Shown: positions 34,011-44,012 of the stretch, in pieces
Position numbering within the stretch: position 1 is the first letter of the stretch
Layout of the letters: each line of letters starts with the position of its first letter
Assembly (NCBI GenBank): GCA_963693055.1
Contig: OY843751.1
Coordinates: 3,744,001 to 3,808,000 of the forward strand
Length of the DNA: 64,000 nt
Reading direction: 5' to 3'
Source of the DNA: a bacterium
GTDB lineage: Bacteria; Zhuqueibacterota; Zhuqueibacteria; Residuimicrobiales; Krinioviventaceae
Program-made: the position numbers and the translations under genes
Notes under the pieces: model-generated
What the model was told of the DNA's origin: nothing
The model's input: only the letters and a program-made list of their open reading frames with translations
The model's database searches: none

Positions 34011-35486
34011 CTATTCCTGACCGAAAAAGCGATTGTTCCAATATTTCACAAAATCTTCCGGGGGGCTATCATTAGATAAACCTCTTTCAGCAAGGGCTTG
34101 TCCGTCCCGCTCCATTTGGTGGTTCCACCAATATTCGATTTCTTCCTTAGGCTCAGGTATTTCCCCCTGATCACCGGTTTCCTTTATCCATGCCATTAAA
34201 ATCAATCGCATAGACTCGAGCTGCTGCTTGAATTCGGGATTAGAAGCAAGGTTGTTGATCTCGTATGGATCATTATCCAAATCATATAGTTCTTCAACGG
34301 GTCTTACATCTCGCATAAATGCAAGTTGCACAGGTGTGAGTTTGTTTTGCTTTTTCAACACCTGTAATAAAGAGAATACCGGGTAACGTTTGCGTTTATA
34401 GCTATTTAGCTGCATATAGGGACGTTCAGGCATAAAATTGCGAATGTATTTAAATCGTTTATCGCGAATACAACGAATCCTGTCCACAGTTTCATCGCAT
34501 CTGTCTCTGGCAGCCACAATAAAAAGACGCTCCTGGGTATTTTTGCCCAAAAATATATTACCTTGCAAATGCTCGGGTGGCTGAATTCCAACAAGCTCCA
34601 TGCACGTAGGTGCAAAATCTATGGTACTAACCAATTCTTCATTCACGGTCCCGGCTTTGAAATGATTGGGCCAGCGAATAATAAGCGGTATACAAATACC
34701 TCCTTCATATAACCACTGTTTTCCCCGAACATGCGGACGACCATGGTCACCAAAATAAACCACAATGGTATTTTCTGCTAAACCGTCCTTTTCCAACTGT
34801 TCCAGCACCTTGCCAATCTGCTTGTCAAGCACCTGCAGCGATTCCAGATAATCGGCCCAATCCCGCCGGGTAATAGGATGGTCGGGATAATACGGTGGTA
34901 TATCAACAGTATTGGGATCAACAGGATTATCAGGATCACGTTGAAAAATGCGGTGGGTCATTTTAAAATTTACCTGGGCAAAAAATGGTTGGTTGGTTTT
35001 TAACGCATTCCAGTCTTTTCCGTCAAATGGATCTTCAAGAGGCTCAAAATTCCAATCGGTTTTTCCTGTACCCTCTACATCAGGCGCAGGATTGGTTACA
35101 TTTGCTGTAAAATATCCGGACTGTTTGAAATAATGAGTGATAACCCTGACCGGTTCTGGTAATGACTTTTTGATCCGGGTACGGTGGTTATGGGCGCCAA
35201 TAGTGGTCTGGTACATGCCTGTCATAAAACCAGAGCGCACTGGTGAACATACAGGGCATGTGGAAAATGCACGTGTAAACCTGACACCCTCTGATGCAAA
35301 TTTATCGATATAAGGAGTTTTGACAGATTGATTACCATAACAAGCAAAATCAGGACTGGTGTCTTCGGAAATTAACCATAGGATATTGGGTTTAGCAGGC
35401 TTAGCGCAATGAAAAGACAAAGAAAACAAGGCAGTTGCTGCGGCAGTACGATTCATAAACTGCCGGCGTGTTAACTGTTTAGACAT
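34011..35486 (-). CDS. Sulfatase (Cys-type CxPxR), Tat signal
   Basis: TRRQF signal, PNILWLISED, VCSPVRSGFMTG, FGDHG, EELYDL..DPYE. Start placed at ATG 35486. Confidence 0.92.
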   Translation of the reverse strand: MSKQLTRRQFMNRTAAATALFSLSFHCAKPAKPNILWLISEDTSPDFACYGNQSVKTPYIDKFASEGVRFTRAFSTCPVCSPVRSGFMTGMYQTTIGAHNHRTRIKKSLPEPVRVITHYFKQSGYFTANVTNPAPDVEGTGKTDWNFEPLEDPFDGKDWNALKTNQPFFAQVNFKMTHRIFQRDPDNPVDPNTVDIPPYYPDHPITRRDWADYLESLQVLDKQIGKVLEQLEKDGLAENTIVVYFGDHGRPHVRGKQWLYEGGICIPLIIRWPNHFKAGTVNEELVSTIDFAPTCMELVGIQPPEHLQGNIFLGKNTQERLFIVAARDRCDETVDRIRCIRDKRFKYIRNFMPERPYMQLNSYKRKRYPVFSLLQVLKKQNKLTPVQLAFMRDVRPVEELYDLDNDPYEINNLASNPEFKQQLESMRLILMAWIKETGDQGEIPEPKEEIEYWWNHQMERDGQALAERGLSNDSPPEDFVKYWNNRFFGQE

Positions 35487-35504
35487 GTTGGGTCCTTTCA
35501 AAGA

Positions 35505-36539
35505 TTATTCAAAAATATCTCCATCTCTGGACAACACAATAGCAATGGGCCGGGTTTTGGGAAAATGTGAAAGAATAATCATACCAATTACTGTAATGGG
35601 TACACACAAAATCATTCCGGCAATTCCCCACAACGCTCCCCAGGCAAACAGGGATAATATGATGACAATAGGGCTCAAATTCAGATTGTTTCCCATTAAT
35701 CTGGGCTCAAGAATATTGCCGATAAGGAATTGCAGCATACCAATGCCCCCGGCTACAATGACAATGGGGTATAAACTATCAAACTGGATTATTGCAAAAA
35801 CAGATGGGAATATAGTGGCAACAATGGAACCGATTGAAGGAATAAAATTTAATGTAAAGATGAGTATAGACCAAAACTCGGCAAAATCAAGATTTTGGGA
35901 TGACATGATCAGATACCCCAAAATAGCAGTTAATGCGCTATTGAACGTTTTGATACCGATATAAACACGAATGTCTTTATCAATCTTTTTGATCAGTGAA
36001 AAAACTTCTTCACGCCGATGCGGCTGTTTGATCAATGCGGCAAGTTTAAGCTGAAAACTCTTTTGCTCCAGAAACAAAAATACCAGGTAAACCAAAATAA
36101 TACCCGCCTTGCTCACAAATCCGGTAATGGTTACAGCAAATTGAGACAATAGTCCGGCAATATCTATACTTGAAAAAATCTGGCGTATGGTTGGTGGCTC
36201 TTCAAGATTAAATAACTGGTAACCCTGCGTTATAAGAGATGTGAATTTCTTTTGGTATGCGGGTGCAACCACTACAACATCAGCGATATTGTTGCTAATC
36301 AAATTCAAAAAGAACACAATAAGGCCACCCATGGTGATAAAAGAAAAAATAAAGCACAACCACCGTGGTAAATGATATTTCCATATTTTAATTCTCGCAA
36401 AAGCCAGTGCCAGTATATTGATCAGATACCATATAATGATAGCAAGCACAAAAGGAATCAACAAATCTTTGCCTACAATCAATATATAGAAAACTAGTAT
36501 AGTACTGACAAAAGCCAGGAAAAAATTGAGTAATCTCAT
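35505..36539 (-). CDS. AI-2E family transporter
   Basis: LIPFVLA, LNFIPSIGS, GNILEPRLMG..LNLSP, WGALWGIAGMILCVP. Confidence 0.9.
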   Translation of the reverse strand: MRLLNFFLAFVSTILVFYILIVGKDLLIPFVLAIIIWYLINILALAFARIKIWKYHLPRWLCFIFSFITMGGLIVFFLNLISNNIADVVVVAPAYQKKFTSLITQGYQLFNLEEPPTIRQIFSSIDIAGLLSQFAVTITGFVSKAGIILVYLVFLFLEQKSFQLKLAALIKQPHRREEVFSLIKKIDKDIRVYIGIKTFNSALTAILGYLIMSSQNLDFAEFWSILIFTLNFIPSIGSIVATIFPSVFAIIQFDSLYPIVIVAGGIGMLQFLIGNILEPRLMGNNLNLSPIVIILSLFAWGALWGIAGMILCVPITVIGMIILSHFPKTRPIAIVLSRDGDIFE

Positions 36540-36647
36540 TTACCTGTACCCAAATATTTAATATTATTAAAACATAAACATTTTTTTATAATTCAACAAT
36601 ACTCTATTTATAAATTTAGCTCTTTATTACAATGCTTTACAAACGTT

Positions 36648-38093
36648 TTATTGATAAATAGAATTCATTTCCCAGATATCAATTGTTTTAAAAATAGATT
36701 TGTGTTTCTTGCTGAATAACCGGATTTTTTGCATGTCTTTATTCCGGGGAAACGTACGGATGGTAATACATTCCCTACCATTGATATAACATTCAATAAC
36801 AGACCTGTCTACAAATATATGCAAACGTAATGTCTTTTCGTCTGGCAGCAATTGGAAAGGTGCAGAAGCCTCTCCCGCGTTAAAGAAAAGTTGAATATTA
36901 TCAAACTCAATCCGGGTTCCGGATTCGGTTTCTTTAGAATATAAAACATCTAATCCGGTTTGGCGTGCAGTTCCCAAATCAATATCAGCAATCAACTCAA
37001 AACTGTTTCCTGAAAAGTCAGGCAGTACAAATACATCATCAGATCCAACCGCAACATCTGAATACTGATAATGCTTACCCCGTAATTTTGACAACTCTGG
37101 CAGGGGTTCAATACCCAGTGTTTGATCATCTCGTAGCGTTAACACACGCGGTAAGGTCAGCATACCATTCCAGGAATACCCCTCTGTGCCACCACCGGTT
37201 ATCCATCCCCATATAATACGTCTTCCCTGTTCATCAACCAGGCAATTGGGAGCATAAAATCCACTACGCTCCCCCAAATCCATAGGCTTCCAAAGACCAT
37301 GATTAAATTTATTATCTTTAAAATCTCCCAGTGTATATTGTACTTTGCCATAAGGAGAAACCGCAAGCAGCCATTTTTCGCCAAGAGGAAAGAAATTGGG
37401 GCATTCCCACATGCTACCAAAACCAGTACTTATGGGATTTATATATTCCCAATCTGTCAGGTTGGTGGATTTGTACAAAAATGCTGTTCCGCCTACATCT
37501 TTAATACCGGAACCCAAAACCATGTACCATTCATTGCCGTCCTGCCAAACAAAGGGATCACGAAAACCTGTAACATTTTCAACCGGAGGTTTAGCAATCA
37601 CAGGATTCCCTTCATACTTTTCCCATGTTCTCATGTTGTCATAACTTCGTGCAATACATTGCACTTCCGGGTTGACTCCGGTATAGATAATAGTAGGTAC
37701 ACCTTTATCAATCACACAGCAGCCAGAAAATACTCCATCTTTATCATAACTCCCTGGATTAGGAGTAAGGGCAATGGGTAAATGTTGCCAGGTTACCATA
37801 TCTTTACTTACCGCATGTCCCCAGGACATGTTGCCCCATTTATCTCCATAGGGATTATGCTGAAAAAACATGTGATATTCACCATTAAAATAAACAGGTC
37901 CATTGGGATCATTTATCCAATTGGCTTTTGTGGCAAGGTGAAACAATGGTTTAAGAGGATCTTGTTGGGCTTTTACTGCTGCTTGCTCTACACTGGCATC
38001 TGCTTTTACTAAAAGTTCTTTATGAATAGAATCTAAGGTTTGTGAAAAAGAAAGTACTGCTAAACTCAAAACAAGAAAAAATAGAATCCTCAT
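36648..38093 (-). CDS. GH32 beta-fructofuranosidase/levanase
   Basis: WINDPNG, WGHAVSKD, FSG, FRDP, MWECP, C-terminal DRSVIE. Confidence 0.93.
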   Translation of the reverse strand: MRILFFLVLSLAVLSFSQTLDSIHKELLVKADASVEQAAVKAQQDPLKPLFHLATKANWINDPNGPVYFNGEYHMFFQHNPYGDKWGNMSWGHAVSKDMVTWQHLPIALTPNPGSYDKDGVFSGCCVIDKGVPTIIYTGVNPEVQCIARSYDNMRTWEKYEGNPVIAKPPVENVTGFRDPFVWQDGNEWYMVLGSGIKDVGGTAFLYKSTNLTDWEYINPISTGFGSMWECPNFFPLGEKWLLAVSPYGKVQYTLGDFKDNKFNHGLWKPMDLGERSGFYAPNCLVDEQGRRIIWGWITGGGTEGYSWNGMLTLPRVLTLRDDQTLGIEPLPELSKLRGKHYQYSDVAVGSDDVFVLPDFSGNSFELIADIDLGTARQTGLDVLYSKETESGTRIEFDNIQLFFNAGEASAPFQLLPDEKTLRLHIFVDRSVIECYINGRECITIRTFPRNKDMQKIRLFSKKHKSIFKTIDIWEMNSIYQ

Positions 38094-38150
38094 GAACAGC
38101 TCCCTTTTTAATTACAAAACAGTATACAAAATAAAAATGTATTGTAAAAG

Positions 38151-38182
38151 AAAAAAGCCCCAGGATATGAACCAAGGGCTTT
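38151..38182 (-). terminator. Intrinsic terminator
   Basis: Minus strand AAGCCCTTGG...CCTGGGGCTT followed by a U-tract. Confidence 0.65.
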
Positions 38183-38206
38183 AAAGGAGACTGCAAATAC
38201 AGTAGA

Positions 38207-38611
38207 TTATTCAACTGTGAGTTTAACCGAACCGGTCTTGCCCCAGTAATTTTTTTCGTATTCTTTGGTTACAATCTCTTTACCATTTTTATCAATTGCT
38301 TTGATATCAAGATTGAATGCTTCATTAGGAGCATCCTGAGGAATTTTCATTGAAGCTGTCCAGATGTTCTTATCAGTTGCAACATCATTTTCCAGTATGA
38401 TTTCCGGTGCATCGTAAGGATACTCACGGACAGTTACAGTTATACTTTGAATGTCACTAGCTTTACCGGTAAATTCAGTAGTGATAGTAACTTTTTCACC
38501 AATAGATGCTTTTTCAGGATTTATTGTAGCTTTTACCAGTTTAGGTTGACCTGCAAATGCCATTCCTGCAACCAAAAGAACCATAACACTGATCAATACG
38601 ATTTTTTTCAT
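38207..38611 (-). CDS. Small secreted Ig-like hypothetical protein
   Basis: Signal peptide ending AFA, beta-rich mature part, GGAGG RBS. Confidence 0.75.
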   Translation of the reverse strand: MKKIVLISVMVLLVAGMAFAGQPKLVKATINPEKASIGEKVTITTEFTGKASDIQSITVTVREYPYDAPEIILENDVATDKNIWTASMKIPQDAPNEAFNLDIKAIDKNGKEIVTKEYEKNYWGKTGSVKLTVE

Positions 38612-38629
38612 TTGTTCCTCCCAATAATT

Positions 38630-38657
38630 ATTATAAAATACTCTGGTTATTTGTCAA
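38630..38657 (-). promoter_or_regulatory. Sigma70-type promoter
   Basis: Minus strand TTGACA-16 nt-TATAAT. Confidence 0.5.
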
Positions 38658-38729
38658 TTTTTCATACGACAAAAGTACAAAAAGGATTCAAAATGTGCGT
38701 CTATAACAAGCGGGAGGACGTCCAGACCG

Positions 38730-39839
38730 CTAATTCTGGACTTTGCGGTACTCTGAAGGGGTTTGACCGGTATATTTTTTAAAAATTGCATTAAAAGCAG
38801 ATTTCGAATTAAATCCACAATCCATTGCAATTGCTAGCAAGGTAAGATACTCATACTGAGGGTCAGTTAATCTCTGTTTGACTTCTTCTATACGATATGT
38901 ATTGATATAATGAAAAAAATTCTTGTCGAAAATACTGTTAATAATCTGTGTTAAATGATGACGTGATATCTTCAAATGTGTGGCAAGGTCCTGAATATTT
39001 AATTCAGGATCCAAAAAAGGCTTTTCTGTTTCCATATATTTTGCAAGTTGTTCAGCATATTGACGGGCTTGATCTTCAGTTAACCCAGATCGCTCATATT
39101 TATTTTGCCGGGGTTCATTAGATTTTTCAACTTCCATAATCCGGTTAAATCTGAATAATGTTGGCTGTTTAATGCCAAAATAACTAACACTGAAAGCAAA
39201 AATTGTTAATCCCAGGCGATTAAAAAATCGAGGATCAAAGAAAAAGTTTTTTTCAATAAAAAACATACCCATTATAACCAATCCGGTAATGGATATAAAA
39301 AAAATCGTTAGAATAAATTTAACCCAGTTCAGCGTAAGTAAACGAGATGTGAAGGAAAATTTATCAGGAATTTCCAACTGATGTAAATGAATGTCGGATA
39401 ATATTCGATATCCATAAAATGCCAGAGATAGTATAAAATAAACCATATAGATTTTGCGAAGTATTATACCTATACTATCCAATTTGTTTGGATCACTGAA
39501 AATGGGCTCATTAATTAAAAACAAAGATACAAAAATAACATAAATCAATGCAGGCAAAAAATGTAACAAATCCTTATAATGAATTTCAGGAGTTTCATCA
39601 ATCAAATATTTCACATAAAGATATAAAAATGGCAAATACGTTAATGGGAAAAACAGGCTGATATTCAATAAAGGGATAAACCAATGAGATTCCAAAACCA
39701 GAGACAAGGCCATTTCTGATGCAATAAAAAATAACCAGACAGCAAAAATCAAATCATGCAAATATCTTGGTCGCTTGGTCGCAATAATAAAAAATGCAAA
39801 TGCAGATTGTGATAAACCAATGTATAATAAAGGTATCAT
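38730..39839 (-). CDS. Membrane-anchored AraC family regulator
   Basis: Multiple N-terminal TM helices; KPFLDPELNIQDLA, INTYRIEE, IAMDCGFNSKSAFN. Confidence 0.9.
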   Translation of the reverse strand: MIPLLYIGLSQSAFAFFIIATKRPRYLHDLIFAVWLFFIASEMALSLVLESHWFIPLLNISLFFPLTYLPFLYLYVKYLIDETPEIHYKDLLHFLPALIYVIFVSLFLINEPIFSDPNKLDSIGIILRKIYMVYFILSLAFYGYRILSDIHLHQLEIPDKFSFTSRLLTLNWVKFILTIFFISITGLVIMGMFFIEKNFFFDPRFFNRLGLTIFAFSVSYFGIKQPTLFRFNRIMEVEKSNEPRQNKYERSGLTEDQARQYAEQLAKYMETEKPFLDPELNIQDLATHLKISRHHLTQIINSIFDKNFFHYINTYRIEEVKQRLTDPQYEYLTLLAIAMDCGFNSKSAFNAIFKKYTGQTPSEYRKVQN

Positions 39840-39907
39840 TCATTATCCTGAATTGTTTTCATAATTTACAAAAAAAAGTCTCTATATCAAACAATTCATA
39901 AAAAAAG

Positions 39908-39938
39908 AAAAGGCCTCTGGTAAAAAACCAGAGGCCTT
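39908..39938 (-). terminator. Intrinsic terminator
   Basis: AAGGCCTCTGGT-AAAAA-ACCAGAGGCCTT perfect 12-bp stem with an A-run on the left. Confidence 0.85.
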
Positions 39939-39972
39939 GTTCGGAGGTTGGGAAAAGAAATTTTTAGTATGT

Positions 39973-40362
39973 TTATCTTGCTGCGTAGAAATTGTTCAGC
40001 TTGTTATAGACATCGTTGAAAAATACCTTGGGATCAATTTCTTCGGTGTCAATATGTTCAATTAAATCTTTGTCTTTCAACAAATCCAAGGTCATTTTTG
40101 CATTTACCCGGATATATGCTTTGTCATCTTTGTTGCTCATTTTCTTCAACAAGGAAGTAAATTCATAAGCATCAAAATCGGGATACTGAGAAGTAAGAAC
40201 TACAATCTGTTTCAGTGCACTGTTACGTACACCTGCATTATCTGACTGCAAAGACAATTTATATGCTTTTTCTGCTTGTTCCAACTTTTTAGATGAAACC
40301 TCTGCACTTGCTATTCCTGCCAGGGTCAGCAGTACTATTAAGATAGTCATTCCTTTTTTCAT
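39973..40362 (-). CDS. Small secreted helical (HEAT-like) hypothetical protein
   Basis: Signal peptide ending ASA; SLQSDNAGVRNSAL. Confidence 0.7.
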   Translation of the reverse strand: MKKGMTILIVLLTLAGIASAEVSSKKLEQAEKAYKLSLQSDNAGVRNSALKQIVVLTSQYPDFDAYEFTSLLKKMSNKDDKAYIRVNAKMTLDLLKDKDLIEHIDTEEIDPKVFFNDVYNKLNNFYAAR

Positions 40363-40447
40363 GATGTTTCCCCTTTCCTTATGTTAAATTTTAAAATTAC
40401 CACTTGATGTTAGTGATGTTTTCCTTTATGTATTTGCTTCTGTCTTA

Positions 40448-40464
40448 TACAAGAGTTGTGCCAA
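40448..40464 (-). promoter_or_regulatory. Sigma54-like promoter
   Basis: Minus strand TTGGCACAACTCTTGTA, about 85 nt upstream of the 129-aa gene. Confidence 0.6.
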
Positions 40465-40735
40465 AAAACACACAAAACAACAAACCATTGTTTTAAATGA
40501 GCTTATAACCAAAAACCCAATTGTAAAAAAAATGTTCATGGGTGCCACAAAAAACATACAAAATTGTAGAAACACACATAACACATTAAATTATAGATAC
40601 TTGAAAAAAATGTCATTTTGTAGCTACTTGCACAAATGTGGCACCCATGAAAAAGATCCAGAATTATTTTTCAGCATATTTGATCTTGATTCTTGGCAAA
40701 TAATCCTTATATTCAATATAAAATTTGGAGATTTT

Positions 40736-41872
40736 ATGGCAACATACCGGTCTGAAACAATCCCTCCCTTTATCGTCATGGAAATTTTAGAACGCGCCCA
40801 GGAGCTAGAACGGCAGGGACGGTCCATAATTCATATGGAAATAGGTGAACCGGATTTTGATACACCTGCTAAAATCAAACAGGCAGCTATAGATGCAATC
40901 AACCGGAATGAAACTCACTATACCCACAGCCTGGGAATAAAGCCCCTTCGGGAAGCAATTGTACAGCACTATAAATCAAAATATAATGTAGAAATTGAAT
41001 CAGATCAGGTGATTGTTACACAGGGCACATCTCCGGGTTTGCTGCTGATTTTGTGTGCATTATTGGAAACAGGTGACGAAGCAATAATCACAAATCCCTG
41101 TTATGCATGTTACCCCAATTTTATCAATTATATAGGGGGTGTACCTATTGACGTTCCCCTGTCTGCTGAAAATGGGTTTATCTTGACGGCCAATGCCGCA
41201 AGGGAAAAAATATCTGCCAAAACCAGGGCAATTCTTATCAATAGCCCCTCCAATCCTACCGGTACACTATTGCCGGCAAACCACATGCAGGAAATTGCAA
41301 ACCTGGGCCCCACCATCATTTCAGATGAAATTTATCATGGACTGGTTTATGGTGAGAAAGAACACTCTATATTGGAATACACAGACAATGCGTTTGTATT
41401 GAACGGCTTTTCAAAATATTATGCAATGACCGGCTGGCGTCTGGGCTATATCATTGCTCCCAAAGCATTTGTACGACCTATACAGAAATCTCAACAAAAT
41501 CTATTTATCTGTGCTTCATCTGTTTCTCAATGGGCAGGTGTGGCAGCATTAACGCAGGAACATCCCGAACTTTTTAAAATGCTAAATACTTGTAACGAAC
41601 GAAGACTATACCTTATCAAGGCATTAAAGGAATTAGGTTTTAAATTAGCGGTTGAACCCAGTGGAGCGTTTTACATGCTTGCGGATGCACGGCATCTTTC
41701 AGATAATTCGTATGATCTCGCATTGGACATGCTGGACAAAACCGGTGTAGCCGTTGACCCCGGAATAGATTTTGGTGAGCACGCAGAAGGATTCCTGCGA
41801 TTTTCATACGCCAATTCGCTTGAAAATATAAAACAGGCTATGGTGCGTTTAGAACAATATATAAAGCCCTGA
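40736..41872 (+). CDS. PLP-dependent aminotransferase class I/II (aspartate aminotransferase-like)
   Basis: IGEPDF, INSPSNPTG, SDEIY, GFSKYYAMTGWRLG, LRFSYA. Start placed at ATG 40736 after GGAG. Confidence 0.92.
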   Translation: MATYRSETIPPFIVMEILERAQELERQGRSIIHMEIGEPDFDTPAKIKQAAIDAINRNETHYTHSLGIKPLREAIVQHYKSKYNVEIESDQVIVTQGTSPGLLLILCALLETGDEAIITNPCYACYPNFINYIGGVPIDVPLSAENGFILTANAAREKISAKTRAILINSPSNPTGTLLPANHMQEIANLGPTIISDEIYHGLVYGEKEHSILEYTDNAFVLNGFSKYYAMTGWRLGYIIAPKAFVRPIQKSQQNLFICASSVSQWAGVAALTQEHPELFKMLNTCNERRLYLIKALKELGFKLAVEPSGAFYMLADARHLSDNSYDLALDMLDKTGVAVDPGIDFGEHAEGFLRFSYANSLENIKQAMVRLEQYIKP

Positions 41873-41887
41873 CAATTCAGGGCTTTA
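41862..41887. terminator. Hairpin containing the stop codons of both convergent genes (probable bidirectional terminator)
   Basis: TAAAGCCCTGA-CAAT-TCAGGGCTTTA perfect 11-bp stem. Confidence 0.7.
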
Positions 41888-43330
41888 CTGTATATAAACC
41901 AACTTGTTTGTTTGCGTAAAATTACCAGCCTTGAGTCTGGCTATATAGGTGCCGCTTGCAACTTTATGGCCATTCATGTCTGCACCATCCCACTTGGATT
42001 CATATTCACCCGCAGCTTGCAGTTCAGAAACTAAAGAAATAACATGTCTACCGTTGATATCAAAAATATCCAATTCCACCTGATCGTCAGTTGCCAATGC
42101 GTAACGTAAAGCTGTTGATGGATTAAAAGGATTGGGATATGCATTGTATAGCCGTGTTGTTTCGGGACATTTTATATCATAACGAAATGTAATGGATTTT
42201 TGTTCTTCAACAACACCCTGTATTGAAACACTACTTAGACGATAGGTATACGTCTCTCCTTCTAGGGCGGTTTTATCAACAAAACAGTATTCATTTGCTG
42301 CGGAACTTGTACCCTGACCTGTTAATTCAATCAATGATTTATAATCCGCAATTTTCTGCCATTCACCATTGCATTTTCTTTCCAGAATAAATCCGGCATT
42401 ATCAACTTCACTTTGGGTGATCCAATTCAGTTCAATACCATTTTCTAATGATTTCGCATTAAAAACATCCAATTCAACGGGAAGTGTTAAATCAACAGTA
42501 TTGGTCAAATATACATTTTTAATTTAATGACTTGAACGTTTATTCGTATTTGTTGCTGCAGTAATTCCAAAATAGGCATCAAATGTAGGATATGAAATTC
42601 CATTTGTTGTATAATTATATACCCACGTTCTGCTATTATCAAAAGTTCCGCCATCTGTATCCTTGGTCCACCAGAATGACAGTTTGATATCCGAGCCATC
42701 TTGCCAGCAAACGAGTTTAAATTTTATCCAACCATTATTCAAATAATATTCCGTATTTGGAGTACCTCCACGGTTAGAAAAATCTTTGGCACCATTGGTG
42801 AGATGTACAAATGAAGTGGTTTCAAGTTGTACTACATGCGCATACTCGTCTGACTTAGAATCTCCCGGATTATAGAGATGATCAAATTCAAAGCCAAGCA
42901 GATTTAAATTGGTTGGAGCACCTTGAATAGGCCCCAAAGCTCCTAGCATGAAATTATAATTACCATCGGTTACATACTTGGCATCCACAAGACTTTTATC
43001 AACCCAGCAAAAAGTAATACCTTCACCATCTTGAGATTCAGCGCTCGCAGCAATACGCACCTCAGCTGTCAAAGTCCATCCCACATTCGAAAATGAATTC
43101 CCGGTATAAAAAGCAGAAGCCACCTCATTATTCGCTTCCTTGGTAAGTTGTAAAAATCCCTGTCCACTATTAAAATAATCCATATCATCTTTAGCGCCAT
43201 TATCATCTGTCCCGGAAATCTGCCAATTGGCAGGTGTTGAAGAACCGTCAAAAGCCTCGTAAATAATTGTGGCAGAAAAAACTGCCTGAATAGAGGCAAA
43301 AAGTACCAGTAAAAACATTTTTTAAATCAT
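41885..43330 (-). pseudogene. L-type lectin-like domain + LPVEL/FlgD-Ig CTD protein interrupted by in-frame TAA codons
   Basis: ORFs 42524..43318 and 41885..42508 are in the same frame: ...GITAATNTNKRSSH*IKNVYLTNTVDLTLPVEL... The RBS-preceded ATG at 43330 reads ATG ATT TAA AAA ATG. Confidence 0.8.
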
Positions 43331-43475
43331 AATACGCCCTCACGATTAAATATAAATAATTATCCCAATAATCATACCAATTTTGGCTATAAAAATTAAT
43401 AAAATATTCATTTTGGTTTTTTACAAAATTATTATAAATTGAATTAATTCATTTATATTCACCGGAGGAAACGGT

Positions 43476-44009
43476 ATGAAAAACCATTTTATATTTACAC
43501 TATCTGGTCCTGACCGGATTGGTATTGTAGAAGAGACCACTTCTATTATTTTAAAATACAATGGAAATGTAGATGCCAGCAAGATGGCACATCTGGGTGG
43601 AGAATTTGCCATACTTACACTAGTATCCGTACCAACTGAAAATCGGGACGAATTACAGCAGGAACTGAAAAAACTGAGCGATAAAGGTTTTCTGGTTGCT
43701 TTTAAAAATACAGAACCCGATGGCGAACAGAAATACAAAGGCTGGTTGCCCTATCGCATTCAGGTGCATGGTGCGGACCATGAAGGTATTATCCACAATA
43801 TTACCCATCACCTTGCAGGTTCAGGAATCAATATAGAAAATATGGATACCAGTATGGTACAGGCTCCAATGAGTGGAACTCCACTATTTACGATGAACGC
43901 GGTCGTTGTTGTTCCACCCAACATGTCATACAATACCTGGAACACCCAACTTTTAAAAGTCTGTGATGAGGTGAATGTAAATTGTGATATAACACCCTAT
44001 ATGGGCTAG
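43476..44009 (+). CDS. GcvR-like tandem ACT domain protein
   Basis: SGPDRIGIV...GGEFA and HGADHEGII...GINIENM...PLF. Confidence 0.85.
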   Translation: MKNHFIFTLSGPDRIGIVEETTSIILKYNGNVDASKMAHLGGEFAILTLVSVPTENRDELQQELKKLSDKGFLVAFKNTEPDGEQKYKGWLPYRIQVHGADHEGIIHNITHHLAGSGINIENMDTSMVQAPMSGTPLFTMNAVVVVPPNMSYNTWNTQLLKVCDEVNVNCDITPYMG

Positions 44010-44012
44010 ACA

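Noticed and set aside
40532-40735. N-terminal extension of the aminotransferase in the track
   Set aside because: AT-rich regulatory DNA; homology and RBS begin at ATG 40736. The extensions at 2206-2274 and 56431-56604 are rejected for the same reason.
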